DNA of 64,000 nucleotides from Octopus vulgaris (lineage: Eukaryota), in NCBI GenBank assembly GCA_951406725.2, contig OX597815.1, forward strand, positions 152,272,001 through 152,336,000. Reading direction: 5' to 3'. Position numbers and translations under genes: made by a program. A model generated the notes under the pieces. The model did not search any database. It saw only the letters and a list, made by a program, of their open reading frames with translations, and was not told the origin of the DNA. Every line of letters starts with the position of its first letter. Position 1 is the stretch's first letter. Shown here piece by piece: positions 50,978-64,000 of the stretch.

Positions 50978-53900
50978 CTGAAATTCATAATATGAAGTGT
51001 TATGATTTATAGTAAAATTTACCAGCATTCAAATTCACACAAAATGCTATAATTATTAATCTAAACATTTACCAATTAAGGACTTTCACAGCAACACTGA
51101 CCAAATGATTTCATAGTTATATATTCTAATGTTTGTTGAGATTTTGTGATTGAGCCTCATACTTTACCAAGACCAACATTGATATTCTAGTAAGTAACAC
51201 AGTCTTTGATTATTGGATTCTCAAGATATTTGTAAATAATTAACCATCTCACAAATAAATTTGTCTTAGCTTCAACCATTTAGTCTTGGCATTCTCCACC
51301 TCTCTTTCAAATCATTGTTCTTATCCTCATTTTCTTATAATTTCAGTCCCTGCATCCTCATCATTCTTCCGTTATCACTTAAACTTCTCACATTCTCAAC
51401 ATGCCTTCATGATTGTAAAAACACATGAAAGAGCAACGAGATATGTATAATATTATGAGATGCAAGACAACCTGACCAGTGCTAGCGCTATGAGAAAATG
51501 GCCCCAGTACACACATGAACTTACACCTGTGTAGTAGGGTCTGACAGACAGTAACTGTCTTCGATGTTATTGTTAATATAAGAACAACATCAAAAGGAAT
51601 ATCTAATTCCATTCATGTCACCAAAGTTACACTACAAATTTTCACTGATGTTAATTAAGACCAACTAATTACAAATGGTCACAGAAATGATTTATATAAT
51701 ATATCTAAATAGTATCATAAATATAGAGAAATGTTTCACATGTTGTTTCAGGAGACAATAACATCTAGACCTCATTGGACTATAGAAGTCAATAATCCCA
51801 GTTTGTAGAGAAGTGGTTGTGTGCCCACGAAAAACAGTAGAATTACTTACACAGAAGGTAATAAGGTTTAAATCTGTTGGGTGAGAGTACAAGATGATGC
51901 TATGAGAAAATAGGGTTCAATTTCAGACATACAAATGTAAATCAGTTAATAAATAATATCTCATTCATTACCATGTTAACAGGTTTCATACGTAATACAA
52001 AAAAACACTGTCTGTCATTGCAATAAAAGATATCTATACAAATTGTATATAATCTGACGAGAAAATAAGTGACTTTCATTACAGAGAATATGATTATGTC
52101 CCAGCACAGATCTCTATTGCAGAATTTCCTCCCCCTCCTCCTCATCCTTTAACACCACAACCGCCATCACCACCACAATCGCCGCCGCCGCCGCTGCCGC
52201 TGTCGCAGCCACCACCACCACCACCGCCAGCACCACCACTGGGACCAGGACCAGCACCAACTCCACCACCACAACAACCACCACAACCACCACCACCACC
52301 ATCACCATCATCATCATCGTTGTTTAATATCTGCTTTCCACGCTGAGGTGTGACTGAGGGCTGGGAAGCCTAAAGGCTGCACCTGGTTCCAATCTGATCT
52401 CATATGTGTGCATATATATGCAAACATACATATACATGCACACGTATATGTGCATATATATATACATACATATACATTCATAGATATAGCACAGTGAAAT
52501 TATTAACTCACATTACAAAATGTATGTACCTTATGTAAGACATGTATGAAATATGAATGAAATCAGTCGGGTAGTTCTTGAGTTTTAGTGTCGCACACAT
52601 ACAGACAGACTGACAAGCATTTACATGCACACATACATGCTAACTCAGTTATACACATACATATATGTATATATATGTATATAGACTAATAGCAGTATTG
52701 TCCGGCTCGTGTGCTCTTGTGTTCTATGCACGCATGAATTAAGCTAAACTTAGATGAAGTTTAATCAAAATTCAATTATTGTGGTTTTAAAATCAAGCAT
52801 TTTATACCCTTATGTGTTCTATTTCCTCAATAGGAAGTACGTAGAAGCGTTTCATAAATCTTTGTTGATCAAATAATTGCATTGTTGAATTATTCTTTTC
52901 GATCAGTATTTCTCAACAGGGAGTTCAGGGTAGAGATCCAGGAGCTGATGGCGATGTATCGTAGTGATCAAAAATCCGGCCTGCTAAAATTTGGTTAAAG
53001 TGATTCAAACTGCAGACTCAATGCAAAATGGTTACATTTAATTCAAAGCATTAAAAATGCTATGAAAACAATTGGTATGTGTTCACATAGTCCAAATAAT
53101 TTATACGGAAGAACCCTCCAGGCTATATCCCGAAAAGTCATTTCTTTGCCGAATTTCTATAATGTTTATGGCGATTCGTTTTTATATCTTGATTTTTTAT
53201 TTTTCATGCAATTTACGCATGCTTGCACGCGTGGTGAACACAGATCACATTAAAAAGCTGACTGATTAAAGTTCACTATTCAATGCATGGGATAAGGCCT
53301 AAACAAACACATTATCGATTTTTGCAATTGCCAGATGAATTTGGAATAGAAATAGCGCAGTTCAATTTTCATTCGCCTAAACTTTATGTGACCCATTTTT
53401 GGTGGTTCTACATCTGTTGGCTAGGAGGAGATGTGCCAGGAAGTTAAACCCACAGACACATACACAGACAAACAAGTTGAGTTTCATATATATATAGATA
53501 ATACATATTCTAATCTGAGACATTCTCGGAAGATACTCCGGCAGGAGATCATATCTCATATCAAACATCAGACTACCTTAAAAATGTGACAGCTTCATAA
53601 GATGATAAATCAAGAAGAACTTCTGGATAACGATTTTGGAACCAAATGAAATTGTCTCTAAAAAATTTTACCAGTTGAAAACGTTTTTATTTGCGATTTG
53701 TTATTGAATCTCCTACATTAGAAAGCTGAAAATGAGGTTCTTATAAGTAATTTTGACTTTAATTATCAGATTCACAAGATGTTAATACATCATTAATCAT
53801 CTCTGTTGGTTCACAACTGATGGTCATTCAGTCTTATTCTCCACCTCTCCTTCAAATCACCATTTGTATCCTCATTTTCTCACAACTTTCACTCCCTGCA

Positions 53901-54071
53901 TCCTCAGTATTCTTCTGTCAACACTTCTCAACGTGTCCCCTTGAATGATAAAACACATCATAAGAGCAGTAAGAACTGTTAAATTTTATGGGATGCAAGA
54001 AAAACTGACCAATGCTAGTGCTCAAAGGAAAACTTATAGAAATGAATTTGCTTCCTCAGTTTTATACTCAC

Positions 54072-54137
54072 CATTTGACGGTGATGTACTTTGACGGGTT
54101 GTGCCCAGCTGTTCAAGTCTAGGCGGCAATTCTCTGC
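54072..54137 (-). CDS. Candidate 66-nt phase-1 exon RELPPRLEQLGTTRQSTSPSN
   Basis: Canonical splice sites and an open frame. Confidence 0.42.
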
Positions 54138-55545
54138 CTGAAATTCATAATATGAAGTGTTATAATTTATAGTAAAATTTACCAGCATTCAAATTCACAC
54201 AAAAAGCTATAATTATTAATCTAAACATTTACCAATTAAGGACTTTCACAGCAACACTGACCAAATGATTTCACAGTTAAACTTTCTAATGTTCGTTGAG
54301 ATTTTGTGATTGAGCCTCATACCTTACCAAAGCCAACATTGATATTCTAGTAAGTAACACTGTCTTTGATTTTTGGATTCTCAACATGTTAGTAAATCAT
54401 TAACCATCTCACAAACAAATTTATCGGAGCTTCAAACATTCAGTGTTGGAATTCTCCACCTCTTTTTGAAGTCATTGTTCTTATCCTCATTTTCTTGTAA
54501 CTTTCAGTCCCTGCATCCTCATCATTCTTCCGTTAAACTTCTCACATTCTCAACATGCCTTCATGATTGTAAAAACACATGAAAGAGCAATGAGATATGT
54601 ATAATATTATGAGATGCAAGACAACCTGACCAGTGCTAGCACTATAAGAAACTGGCCCCAGTACACACATGAAAGTGATTGACGAATGAGAGGAGACAGC
54701 ATAATTTTGAGTGGAACCTACAGCCACTCAGTTTGCCAGCTCTGGTCAAACTGTCCAACCCATGCCAGCATGGACAATGGACGTTAAATGGTGATGATTA
54801 TGATGACAATCTTATTAGTGCCTGTGTTACAATAAAACATACCCAAGATCCTTTATAAAATGGTTGGTGTTTAAGAAGGGTATCTTGTCATAGAAAATCA
54901 AGAGAATTTAAGTGAGATGCGTTTGTACCTATAGCAAAAAAGTGGATGTTAACTCTGAATGAGAACTGACATTGACATTGGTGACCCATCTAATCGATAG
55001 GTGCATGGAAGTAGATGGTGAATAATAATGACACTATGATTTATTATTTTGTATTTATTATTTTGCATCTTGCAGCCTGTATCTAATCTTGAGGACTTGG
55101 AACTTACACCTGTGTAGCAGGGTGTGACTGACCGAAACTGTCTTGCTACGTAATTGTTAATATAAGAACAATATCAAAAGGAATATCTAATCCCATTCAT
55201 GTTACCAACGTTGTACTACATTCGTCACTGATGTTAATTAAGACCAAATAATTACAAAAGGTCACAGTAATGCTTTATAAAATATATCTAAGTAGTATCA
55301 TAAATATACAGAAATGTTTCACATATTGTTTTAGGAGATAATAACATCTGGACATTATTGGACGACAGAAGTCAATAATGACGGTTTGTAGAGAAGTGGA
55401 TGCGTGCCCACAAAAGACATTAGAATTACTTACACAAATGGAAATAAGGTTTAAATCTGTTTGGTGAGCCTACAAGATGATGCTATGACAAAATAAGTTT
55501 AAAATAAGTTAAATACAACATAAGTTAAATACAAAAAAACACTGT

Positions 55546-55671
55546 CTGACATTGCAATACTAGATATCTATATAAATTGTATATAATCTGACATTGCGAT
55601 ACTAGATATCTATACAAATTGTATATAAGCTGACATTGCAATACTAGATATCTATACAAATTGTATATGAT
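55546..55671. repeat. 42-bp tandem triplication private to one unit
   Basis: CTGACATTGC.ATACTAGATATCTATA.AAATTGTATA.. x3 at 55546, 55588 and 55630. Confidence 0.9.
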
Positions 55672-57106
55672 ATGACTAGAAAGTAAGTGACTTTCATTAG
55701 AGTGAATAAGATAATGTCCCAGCACAGATCTCTATTGCAGAATTTCCTCCTCATCCTCCTCCTACTCCAACACCATCACCACCACCACCATCTCCACCGC
55801 CACCACCACTACCACCACCACCACCACCACCACAACCACCACCACCATCACCATCATCATCATCACCATCATCATCATCGTTGTTTAATATCTGCTTTCC
55901 ATGCTGTGGTGTGACTGAGGGCTGGCAAGCCTAAAGGCTGCACCCGGTTCCAATCTGAACTTATATGTATGCATATATATGCAAACATACATATACATGC
56001 ACACATATATGTGCATATATATCTACATACATATACATTCATACATATATCACAGTGAAAGTATCAACTCACATTACAAAATGTAAGGACTTTATGTAAG
56101 ACATGTATTAAATTTGAATGAAATCAGTTGGGTAGTTCTTGAGTTTTAGTGCCGCACACATACAGACGGACTAACAAGCATTTACATGCATACATTCTCA
56201 GTTATACACATATATATATGTATATATATGTATATAGACTAATAGCAGTATTGCTTGGCTCGTGTGCTCGTGCATTCTATGCATGCACGAATTAAGTTAA
56301 ACTTGGATGAAGTTCAATCAAAATTCAATTATTTTGGTTTTAAAATGAAGCATTTTATACCCTCTATTTTTGCGCTAATGTGTTCTATTTCCTCAATACG
56401 TAGAAGAGTTTTATAAATTTTTGTTGATCAAATAATTGCATTGTTGAATTATTCTTTTAGATCATTATTTCAGGGTAGAGATTTAGCTGTCGCTGGCGAT
56501 GTATCGTGATGATCAAAAATCCAGCCTGCTACAATTTGGTTAAAGTGATCCAAACTACAGGCTCAATGCAAAATTGTTACATTTAATTCAAAGCATTAAA
56601 AATGTTATGAAAACAATTGGTGTGTTCACATAGTCCAAATGATCTATATGAAAAACCCTCCAGTCTATATCCCGAAAAGTCATTTCTTTGCCGAATTTCT
56701 ATAATGTTTATGGCGATTCGTTTTTATATCTTGATTTTTTATTTTTCATGCAATTTACGCATGCTTGCACGCGTGGTGAACACCGATAACGTCAAAAAGC
56801 TGACTGAGTAACGTCCACTATTCAAGGCCTAAAGAAACACATTATCGAATTTTGCACTTGCGAGATGAAATTCGGAAAAGAAATATCGCAGTTCAATTTT
56901 CATTCGCCTAAGCTTTAAGTGAGCCATTTTTGGTGGTTCTACGATTTGTTGGCTAGGCGAAGATGTGCCAGGTAGTTAAACCCACAGACACACACACAGA
57001 CAAACAAGTTGAGTTTCATATATATAGATAATACACATTCTAATCTGAGACATTCTGGGAAGATACTCCGGCAAGAGATCATATCTCATATCAAACATCA
57101 GACTAC

Positions 57107-57252
57107 CTTAAAAATGTGACATCTTCATAAGATGATAAATCAAGAACTTCTGGAGAACGATTTTGTAAACAGAGGAAATTATCTTTAACAATTTTTAGCA
57201 GTTGAAAACATTTTAATTTGCAATTTGTTATTGAATCTCCTACATTAGAAAG
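57107..57252 (-). CDS. Candidate exon LSNVGDSITNCKLKCFQLLKIVKDNFLCLQNRSPEVLDLSSYEDVTFL
   Basis: CATTTTCAG acceptor; 48 open codons in this copy, while paralogs in the other units I translated carry a stop. Donor uncertain. Confidence 0.3.
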
Positions 57253-57998
57253 CTGAAAATGAGGTTCTTATAAGTAATTTTGACTTTAATTATCAGATTC
57301 ACAAGATGTTAATACATCATTAATCATCTCTGTTGGCTCACAACTGACAGTCACTCAGTCTTGTCATTCTCAACCTATCCTTCAAATCACCATTCTTATC
57401 CTCGTTTTCTTACAACTTTCACTCCCTGCATCCTCATTATTCTTCTGTCATCACTTCTCAACTTGTCACCTTGAATGAAAAAACAACATCATAAGAGCAG
57501 TAAGAAATGTCTAATTTTATGGGACACAAGAAAAACTGACCAGAGAGCAAACGAGATATGTATAATATTATGAGATGCAAGACAACCTGACCAGTGCTAG
57601 CATTATGAGAAAATGGCCCCAATACATACATGGTCAAATGTCCAACTTATGCCAGCATGGACAATGGACGATAAATGGTGATGATGATGATAATCTTATT
57701 AGTGCCTGTGTTACAATAAAACATACACAAGATCCTTTATAAAATGGTTGGTGTTACGAAGGGTATCTCGTCATAGAAAATCCAGAGTATTTAAGTGATA
57801 TGCGTCTGTACCTCAAGCAATCGAAGTGGATGTTAACTTTGAATAAGAACTGACTTGGACATTGATGACCCATCTAATCGATGGGTGCATGGAAGCAGAT
57901 GATGAAGAATAATGACACTACCATTTATTATTTTGTATTTTTTATTTTGCATCTTGCAGCCTGTATCTAATCTTGAAGAAACAAAAGAGAATGCTAAC

Positions 57999-58140
57999 CT
58001 TAGGAGCAAACCAAAGTTTGATATTTTGATATGAAGATATGTTTAATGTATTTACTGATTTACAAGAAGTGAAAAAAACAGGGTGGTCACACTTGGGACA
58101 CTTTTTATCATAAGTCTGCCAGATTACAAAAGATATCAGG
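57999..58140 (-). CDS. Candidate exon (frame ambiguous: PDIFCNLADL* or LISFVIWQTYDKKCPKCD..SSYQNIKLWFAPK)
   Basis: TTGTTCTGTAG acceptor and AG|GTTAG donor (AG|GTAAG in paralogs at ~29720 and ~33306). Confidence 0.35.
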
Positions 58141-58257
58141 CTACAGAACAACAACAATAATAACCTATCAGTAAACCGAGTAAAGATTTAAGAAGAAAAA
58201 AAAATATTGTCATTAACTCACCTGTAAAACGAAGCAGAAATATTGCTATTAACTTAC

Positions 58258-58340
58258 CTGTTTATACCAACATAATAAGATATTTCCCTTTTTAGGTCCA
58301 ATATTAACTCTATTGTATCCTAATTTATTAATATTACCAA
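58258..58340 (-). CDS. Candidate next exon of the adhesion GPCR tail (V)GNINKLGYNRVNIGPKKGNILLCWYKQ
   Basis: Strong donor CAG|GTAAGT, weak acceptor TTTACCACAG. Phase-1 start matches the 7TM exon end, and the frame is open in the ~30.0 kb paralog. Confidence 0.35.
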
Positions 58341-59221
58341 CTGTGGTAAACTCAGTAGATATTTTATGAAATTTCAGTAATATTGGCTTTGAATTTTGGC
58401 ACAAAACTAGCAGTTTCAGGCCAGTGGGTTAGTCGTTTTCATCGACCTCACATACATAAATGCACATAGAGATACACATTTGAACTTGCTTATAGACATA
58501 CACAGACACACACACACACACACACACAACACACACCCACATCCACCCACACCCACACATACATACACACATGTTTATACCTGTAATTATTGGGGCACTG
58601 GAATATGTAACACACTGCATAAATACCAATCTTGAGAAATTGGGCTTCTCAAAACCAGAAAGGAGAAAACTGATTCAAAAACTATAGATCTTCTGGAACT
58701 GTTAAAATCTGTAAAACTTTTCAGAGGTTTATTGTTTAAATTTATATGAGCATGTCTAAATATGTGACTAATTTATATGAAAATGCATACATAAAACAAA
58801 ACATTCAAATCTGCATGTATACATACATACATACATACAAACATATATACATACATACATACATACATACACACACTCAAACAAACAAACACACACACAC
58901 ACACACATATATATATAGGTACGTTGGTGCAAACAGGAAAGATAGAACTCAAAGTATGAGTATATGTATATTTTACACCCCCACACACACACCCATGCAC
59001 AAACACACGCATGCACACATTCACGCACACACAGACGCACACGCACACACACACACATGCACACACAGTAGAGTTGGTATGTATGATGATGTCTATCCTA
59101 AGGTGGTGTCGATAGTGGTTTTGTCAGTAGATGTGATGTTTGTGGCTATCCTCATCTTAACACTATTGGCGCTGATTCTGATGATGGTAAGAATTAAAAA
59201 AAACTCCTTAATTGCACTTAC

Positions 59222-59565
59222 CTTCCTCTCGATTACATGCATGCTGGCAGATGAGATTTCTGATATATTTGTAGTCTATACAGTAAAATATGAAGATAAG
59301 GAGACTTTGTAAAATGTTGAATATACCGAAAAGCTTGTCAAACACTTCGGCTGATTCATCAAAAGCTAAGAAAGCTAATAACCATGACAATCTGAACAGG
59401 AACAATAGGTAAAACAGACAAATGAAGCGACAGAAATTTGTTCTATTCTCTTCCGCTTCGAATTTATTTTTGTGTGTACGAAAACTGAAGATAATTTGGA
59501 AGATGCACACGATCAGCACAGGAGTCAGGAAAGTAATGTAAAATGATGTCTTGGATAACCAACAG
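59222..59565 (-). CDS. Adhesion (class B2) GPCR exon, ECL2-TM5-TM6-TM7-helix 8
   Basis: TTTCTTTGTAG acceptor, AG|GTAAGT donor, 344 nt open: CWLSKTSFYITFLTPV..LFLFRLSWLLAFLAF..LFGIFNILQSLLIFIFYC, matching the CWL, LLG.TW and FN.LQG.FIF.F.C signatures. Upstream exons are not visible in the window. Confidence 0.88.
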
Positions 59566-59749
59566 CTACAAAGAAATAGAAAATCAATTAAGAAAGGAAA
59601 CTAATCAAATATTCACTTAATAAACTGATAAATCAATGAGGCATTATGGGAAAGTGATTTTGATCCAAAATGAAAGAAGACATTTCATTACTGGTTGTAC
59701 ATTGTCATCTAAGACATCCATCAATCATTTCAGCCCGAAACCGTCACTC

Positions 59750-62700
59750 ACACATCCATCCATCTATCCATCCACTCATCCATTCATCCATCCATAAATC
59801 CATCCATCCATCCATCCATCAAGCCCATCCATCAATACATCCACTCATGCCTCTGGTTCATCCATCCATCCATTCAGTCCATCACTCCGGTCTATTCATC
59901 CATCCAGTCTATCCATCCATTCATCAATACATCTATCTGGTCCATCCATCCATTAACCCATCCATCTGGTCCGCCCATCCATCCATTCCACACATCCATC
60001 CAGTCCATCCATCTGGTCCATTCATCGATAGAGTTAATCCAACAATACATCCACCAATCCATCCGGTACATCCATACATCTATTCTTCCAACCATACATC
60101 CATGCTACCATCAATCCATTCCATCCATCCATCCAGTCCATCCATCTATCAATCCATCCATCCATCTGGTCCGTCCATCCATCTATCCATCCATACATCC
60201 ATCAATCAATCCATCCAGTCAATCCATCCATTAATCCTCCTAACCATCTGGTCCAAACTTCAATCCATCAATCAATCGAGACCATCACCCATCCATACAT
60301 TCATCCTTCCATTCATCCTGCCAATCCGTCCATCCATCCACCCACCCATCCATCCAACCATCCATCTGGTCCGTTCATCCATCCATCCTTCCAACGTGTA
60401 CATCCATACACCCATCCTTCCATCCATCCATCTATCCATCTGGTCATCCATTTATCCATCCATGCAACTGGTCTATCCATATATCTACCCTTCCATTCAT
60501 CCATCAATCCATCCATCCACCTGGTCCATCCGGGCCATCCATCCATTCATCCACCCAAACATTTGGTCCATCCATCAATCCATCTAACCATCCAGTCCAA
60601 TCATCCATCCATCAATTTGGTCCATCCATCTATCCATCCATCATTCCCTCCATCCATCCAGTGCATCCATCCTTCCATACAACCATCCAGTCCCTTCATC
60701 CATCAGTCCACTCATCCATCCAACCATCCATTCATACATCCAACTGATCCATCCATCCATGCATCCATCCATCCATACATTTGTCCATCCAGGCAATCCA
60801 TCCACCCACCGATCCATCAATCCACCCTTCCAACTATCCATCCATCCAGCCGTCTGGTCCATCCATCCATTCAGTCCACCCATCCACACATCCATCCATC
60901 TATCCAATCCATCCATCCATCCATCCATCATTCCAGTCCGTCCAGTTTATCCATCCATCCATCCACCAATCCATCTGGTCCATCCATCTATCAATTCAGG
61001 TAGTTCATCCATCCCTCCATCCACCTATATATCTGGTCCAACCATCCATCCATCTATCCATCAATACATCCATCTGGTCCATCGATTGATCCATTCATCC
61101 AACCATCCATCCATCCATCTGGTCCATCCATCCATCAATTTGGTCTGTCCATTCATCCATTCATTCATCTGGTCCATTATCCAACCATTCATCCATCCTT
61201 ACATCTGTACTCTCCATCCACCCATCCATCCAGTCAATCAATTAATCCATCCAGTCCATCCATCCATCTCGTCAATCCACCCATCCAGGCCATCCATCTA
61301 TCAATTCAATCATCCATCTGATTCATCCATCTGGTCCATCCATTTATCCAGTCAATCCATCCATCCATCCATCCATCCATGCATCCAGTCTATCCATCCA
61401 TCCATCCATCAATCTGGTCCATCCATCCACCCATACATCTATCCATCCATCCAGTGAAACCATCCTTCCATAAAACCATCCAGTCCCTTCATCCATCAGT
61501 CCACTCATCTATCCATCCATCCATATATCCAACTGGAACATCCAGCGATTTATCCATCCATGCATCCATCCATCCATACATTTGTCCATCCGGTCAATCC
61601 ATCTATATACCCATCCACTCATCCATGCAGTTCATCCATCCATCCATCCATCTATCCATCTGGTCCATTGATCTGCTCAATCTATCCATCGAATCGGTCC
61701 ATCCATCAATCTGGTCCATCCATCCATCCAGCCATTCATTCATTCGGTCCAGTATCCAACAATCCATCCCTCTATCCTTACATATGTTCCATCCATCCAC
61801 CCATCCAACAAGTCCATCCATCTAACCGGTCCATCCGTTTGGTTCAACCATCCATCGAGCCATCCATTCATTCATTCATCCAGTCCATTATCCAACCATC
61901 CATACATTTGTTCCATTCATCAACCCATCCAGCCAGTCAATCCATCAATCCATCCATCCATCCATCCATCATGATCCATCCACCCATCCATCCACCATCA
62001 ATCCATCCATCCATCCAGTTCATTCATCCATCAACCCATCCATCCAGTCAATCCATCAATCCATCCAGTTCATTCATCCACCCGGTCCATTCATTTGGAC
62101 CATCCATCAATCCAGTCAACCCATCCATACATACATCACTCCATCCATCCATCCATCCATGCATCTGGTCCATCCATCCACAAAAAACATCCATCTATCC
62201 ATCCATCCATCCAGTGCATCCATCCTTCCATCCAAACATCCAGACCATTCATCCATGTATCCACTGATCCATCCATCCAACCAGCAAGCCATCCATCAAT
62301 CCATCCAGTCCATCCACGCATTGATCTACTCTATCCATCCATGACGTCCATACATCCATCCATCCATCCATCCATCCACCAATCTGCTGGTCCATCCATC
62401 CATCTAGTTCATCCATCCATACATCCAGTCTATCCATCAATCCATCCATCCATCCAAGCATCTGGTCCACACATCCAAGCAGTACATCCGACCATCCCGT
62501 CCATCCATCCACCCATCAATCCATGCATCCATCCATCCATCACTTCAGTCCATCCATCTATCCATCCATCCATCCATCTGGTCCATGCATCCATCAAGAC
62601 TATACATTCATACATCCATCCTGCCATCAATCTACCTATACCTACATCCCGTCCATCCGGCCTATCCATCCATCCAGTCCATCTGGTCAATCCAACCATC

Positions 62701-64000
62701 AATTCAGTCCATCCATCCATCCATCCACCCATCCATCCATCCATCCACCCATCCATCAATCAATCGAGTCTGTCAACCCACCCATTCTTGTATCCATCTA
62801 TCCATCCCTCCCTACATCCATCCGAACCATCCATCCATCTAGTCCACCCAACCATCTATCCATCCAACCATCCATCGAGACCATCCATGCATCCATCAAT
62901 CCATCCAGTTCATCCATCCATACATCCACCCATCCATCTGGTCCATCCATCCATGCATACATCCGTCCATTCATTAATCCATCAATCCCACAATCTATCC
63001 AGTCCATCCATCTATTCATCCAGTCTAACCATCCGTCGATCCATTCATCCAGTCCATCCATCGATCCATCCATCAATCCGTCCAGTCAATCCACCCATCC
63101 AATTCATCCATCTATCCATCCAACCATTACATCCCTACAATAATCCTTCCATCTATCCATCTGGTCCATCCATTTATCCAGTCAATCCATCCAACCATCC
63201 ATCCATGCATCCGGTCTATCCATACATCTACCCTTCCATTCATACATCAATCCATCCACCAAGTCCATCCGGTCCATCCATCCATTCAACCACCCAACCA
63301 TCTTGTCCATCAATCAATCCATCCAACCATCCAGTCCATCCATCTATCCATCCAACCATCCATCCAGTGCATCCATCCATCCGGTCCATCCAGTCTGTCC
63401 ATCCATCCATTCATTCAACCTATCCACCCATCAATCCATCTATCCAATCCATCAATCCAGGCAGTCCATCCATCCATCCACCCATATATCTGGTCCATCC
63501 ATCCATCTATCCATCCATCCACCCAACCATCGATCTGGTCCATCAATCCACTGATGCATCCATCCATCCATCCGATTCATCCATCCATCCATCAATCTGG
63601 TACATCCATCCATTCATTCATTTGGTCTATTATCCAACCATCCAACATTCCATACATCTTTTCATTCATCCACCCATCCATCCAGTCAATACATCAATCC
63701 ATCTATCCATTCATCCAGTCCACCCATCCATGTATCCTCTCATCCATCAATCCATCCATCCATCCAACTGGTCCATCCATCAATCCATCAATCAATTCTT
63801 CTATCCCTCCATCCGCCCATCTGCTTCATCGAGCCCATTCATCAATCCATCCATACATCTGGTCCAACATTCCATCCATCTATCCATCTGGTCCATCCAT
63901 CATTCCATCCATCCGGTCCATCCATCAATTCATCCATCCATCTACTCCATTCATCCATGACGTTCATACATCCATGCATCCACCATTCCATGTGGTCCAC
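59750..64000. repeat. Degenerate (CATC)n/(GGAT)n satellite, >4.2 kb, in the intron upstream of the GPCR exon
   Basis: Continuous CATC-derived sequence with recurrent ATCTGGTCC variants; runs off the window end. Confidence 0.97.

Larger units (their letters stand above)
36440..57540. repeat. Tandem array of ~3.15-kb units (about 6.3 units plus two partial internal duplications)
   Basis: The same marker ORF recurs at 37697, 40814, 43971, 47118 and 51612 (spacings 3117, 3157, 3147, 4494). More diverged paralogous pieces occupy 23070-26490, 29240-36440 and 57540-59100. Confidence 0.97.

Noticed and set aside
55546-55671. Regular short repeats as a possible CRISPR-like array
   Set aside because: Contiguous 42-bp triplication with no unique spacers, in eukaryotic DNA.
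59670-63960. Long His/Pro/Ser/Ile-rich ORFs (up to 621 aa) and Trp/Met/Asp/Gly antisense ORFs
   Set aside because: Translations of (CATC)n, which lacks stop codons; they occur in all frames.

Overview
Eukaryotic, AT- and microsatellite-rich DNA; the SINE and RTE families suggest an octopus/coleoid cephalopod genome (inference, not directly shown). 1-10.5 kb: a (TAA)n tract shared by R4/Dong-like remnants and two head-to-tail Tx1/L1-clade retrotransposons (one near full length, one with an in-frame RT deletion). 10.5-23 kb: CORE-type SINEs, RTE 3' tails, an internally deleted Gypsy element (both LTRs, TSD, PBS, PPT, plus an inverted U5 copy) and a minimal hammerhead ribozyme. 23-59 kb: paralogous duplicated segments culminating in a ~3.15-kb tandem array (36.4-57.5 kb). 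Each unit carries a non-autonomous Helitron and a minus-strand 65/66-nt exon-like cassette. This block lies directly downstream of a minus-strand exon encoding TM5-TM7 of an adhesion GPCR (59222-59565). It may be an amplified, partly decayed set of cytoplasmic-tail exons with PPxY/YxxP motifs; splicing is unproven. 59.75-64 kb: degenerate (CATC)n satellite. All coordinates and translations were read by eye and no database searches were run.
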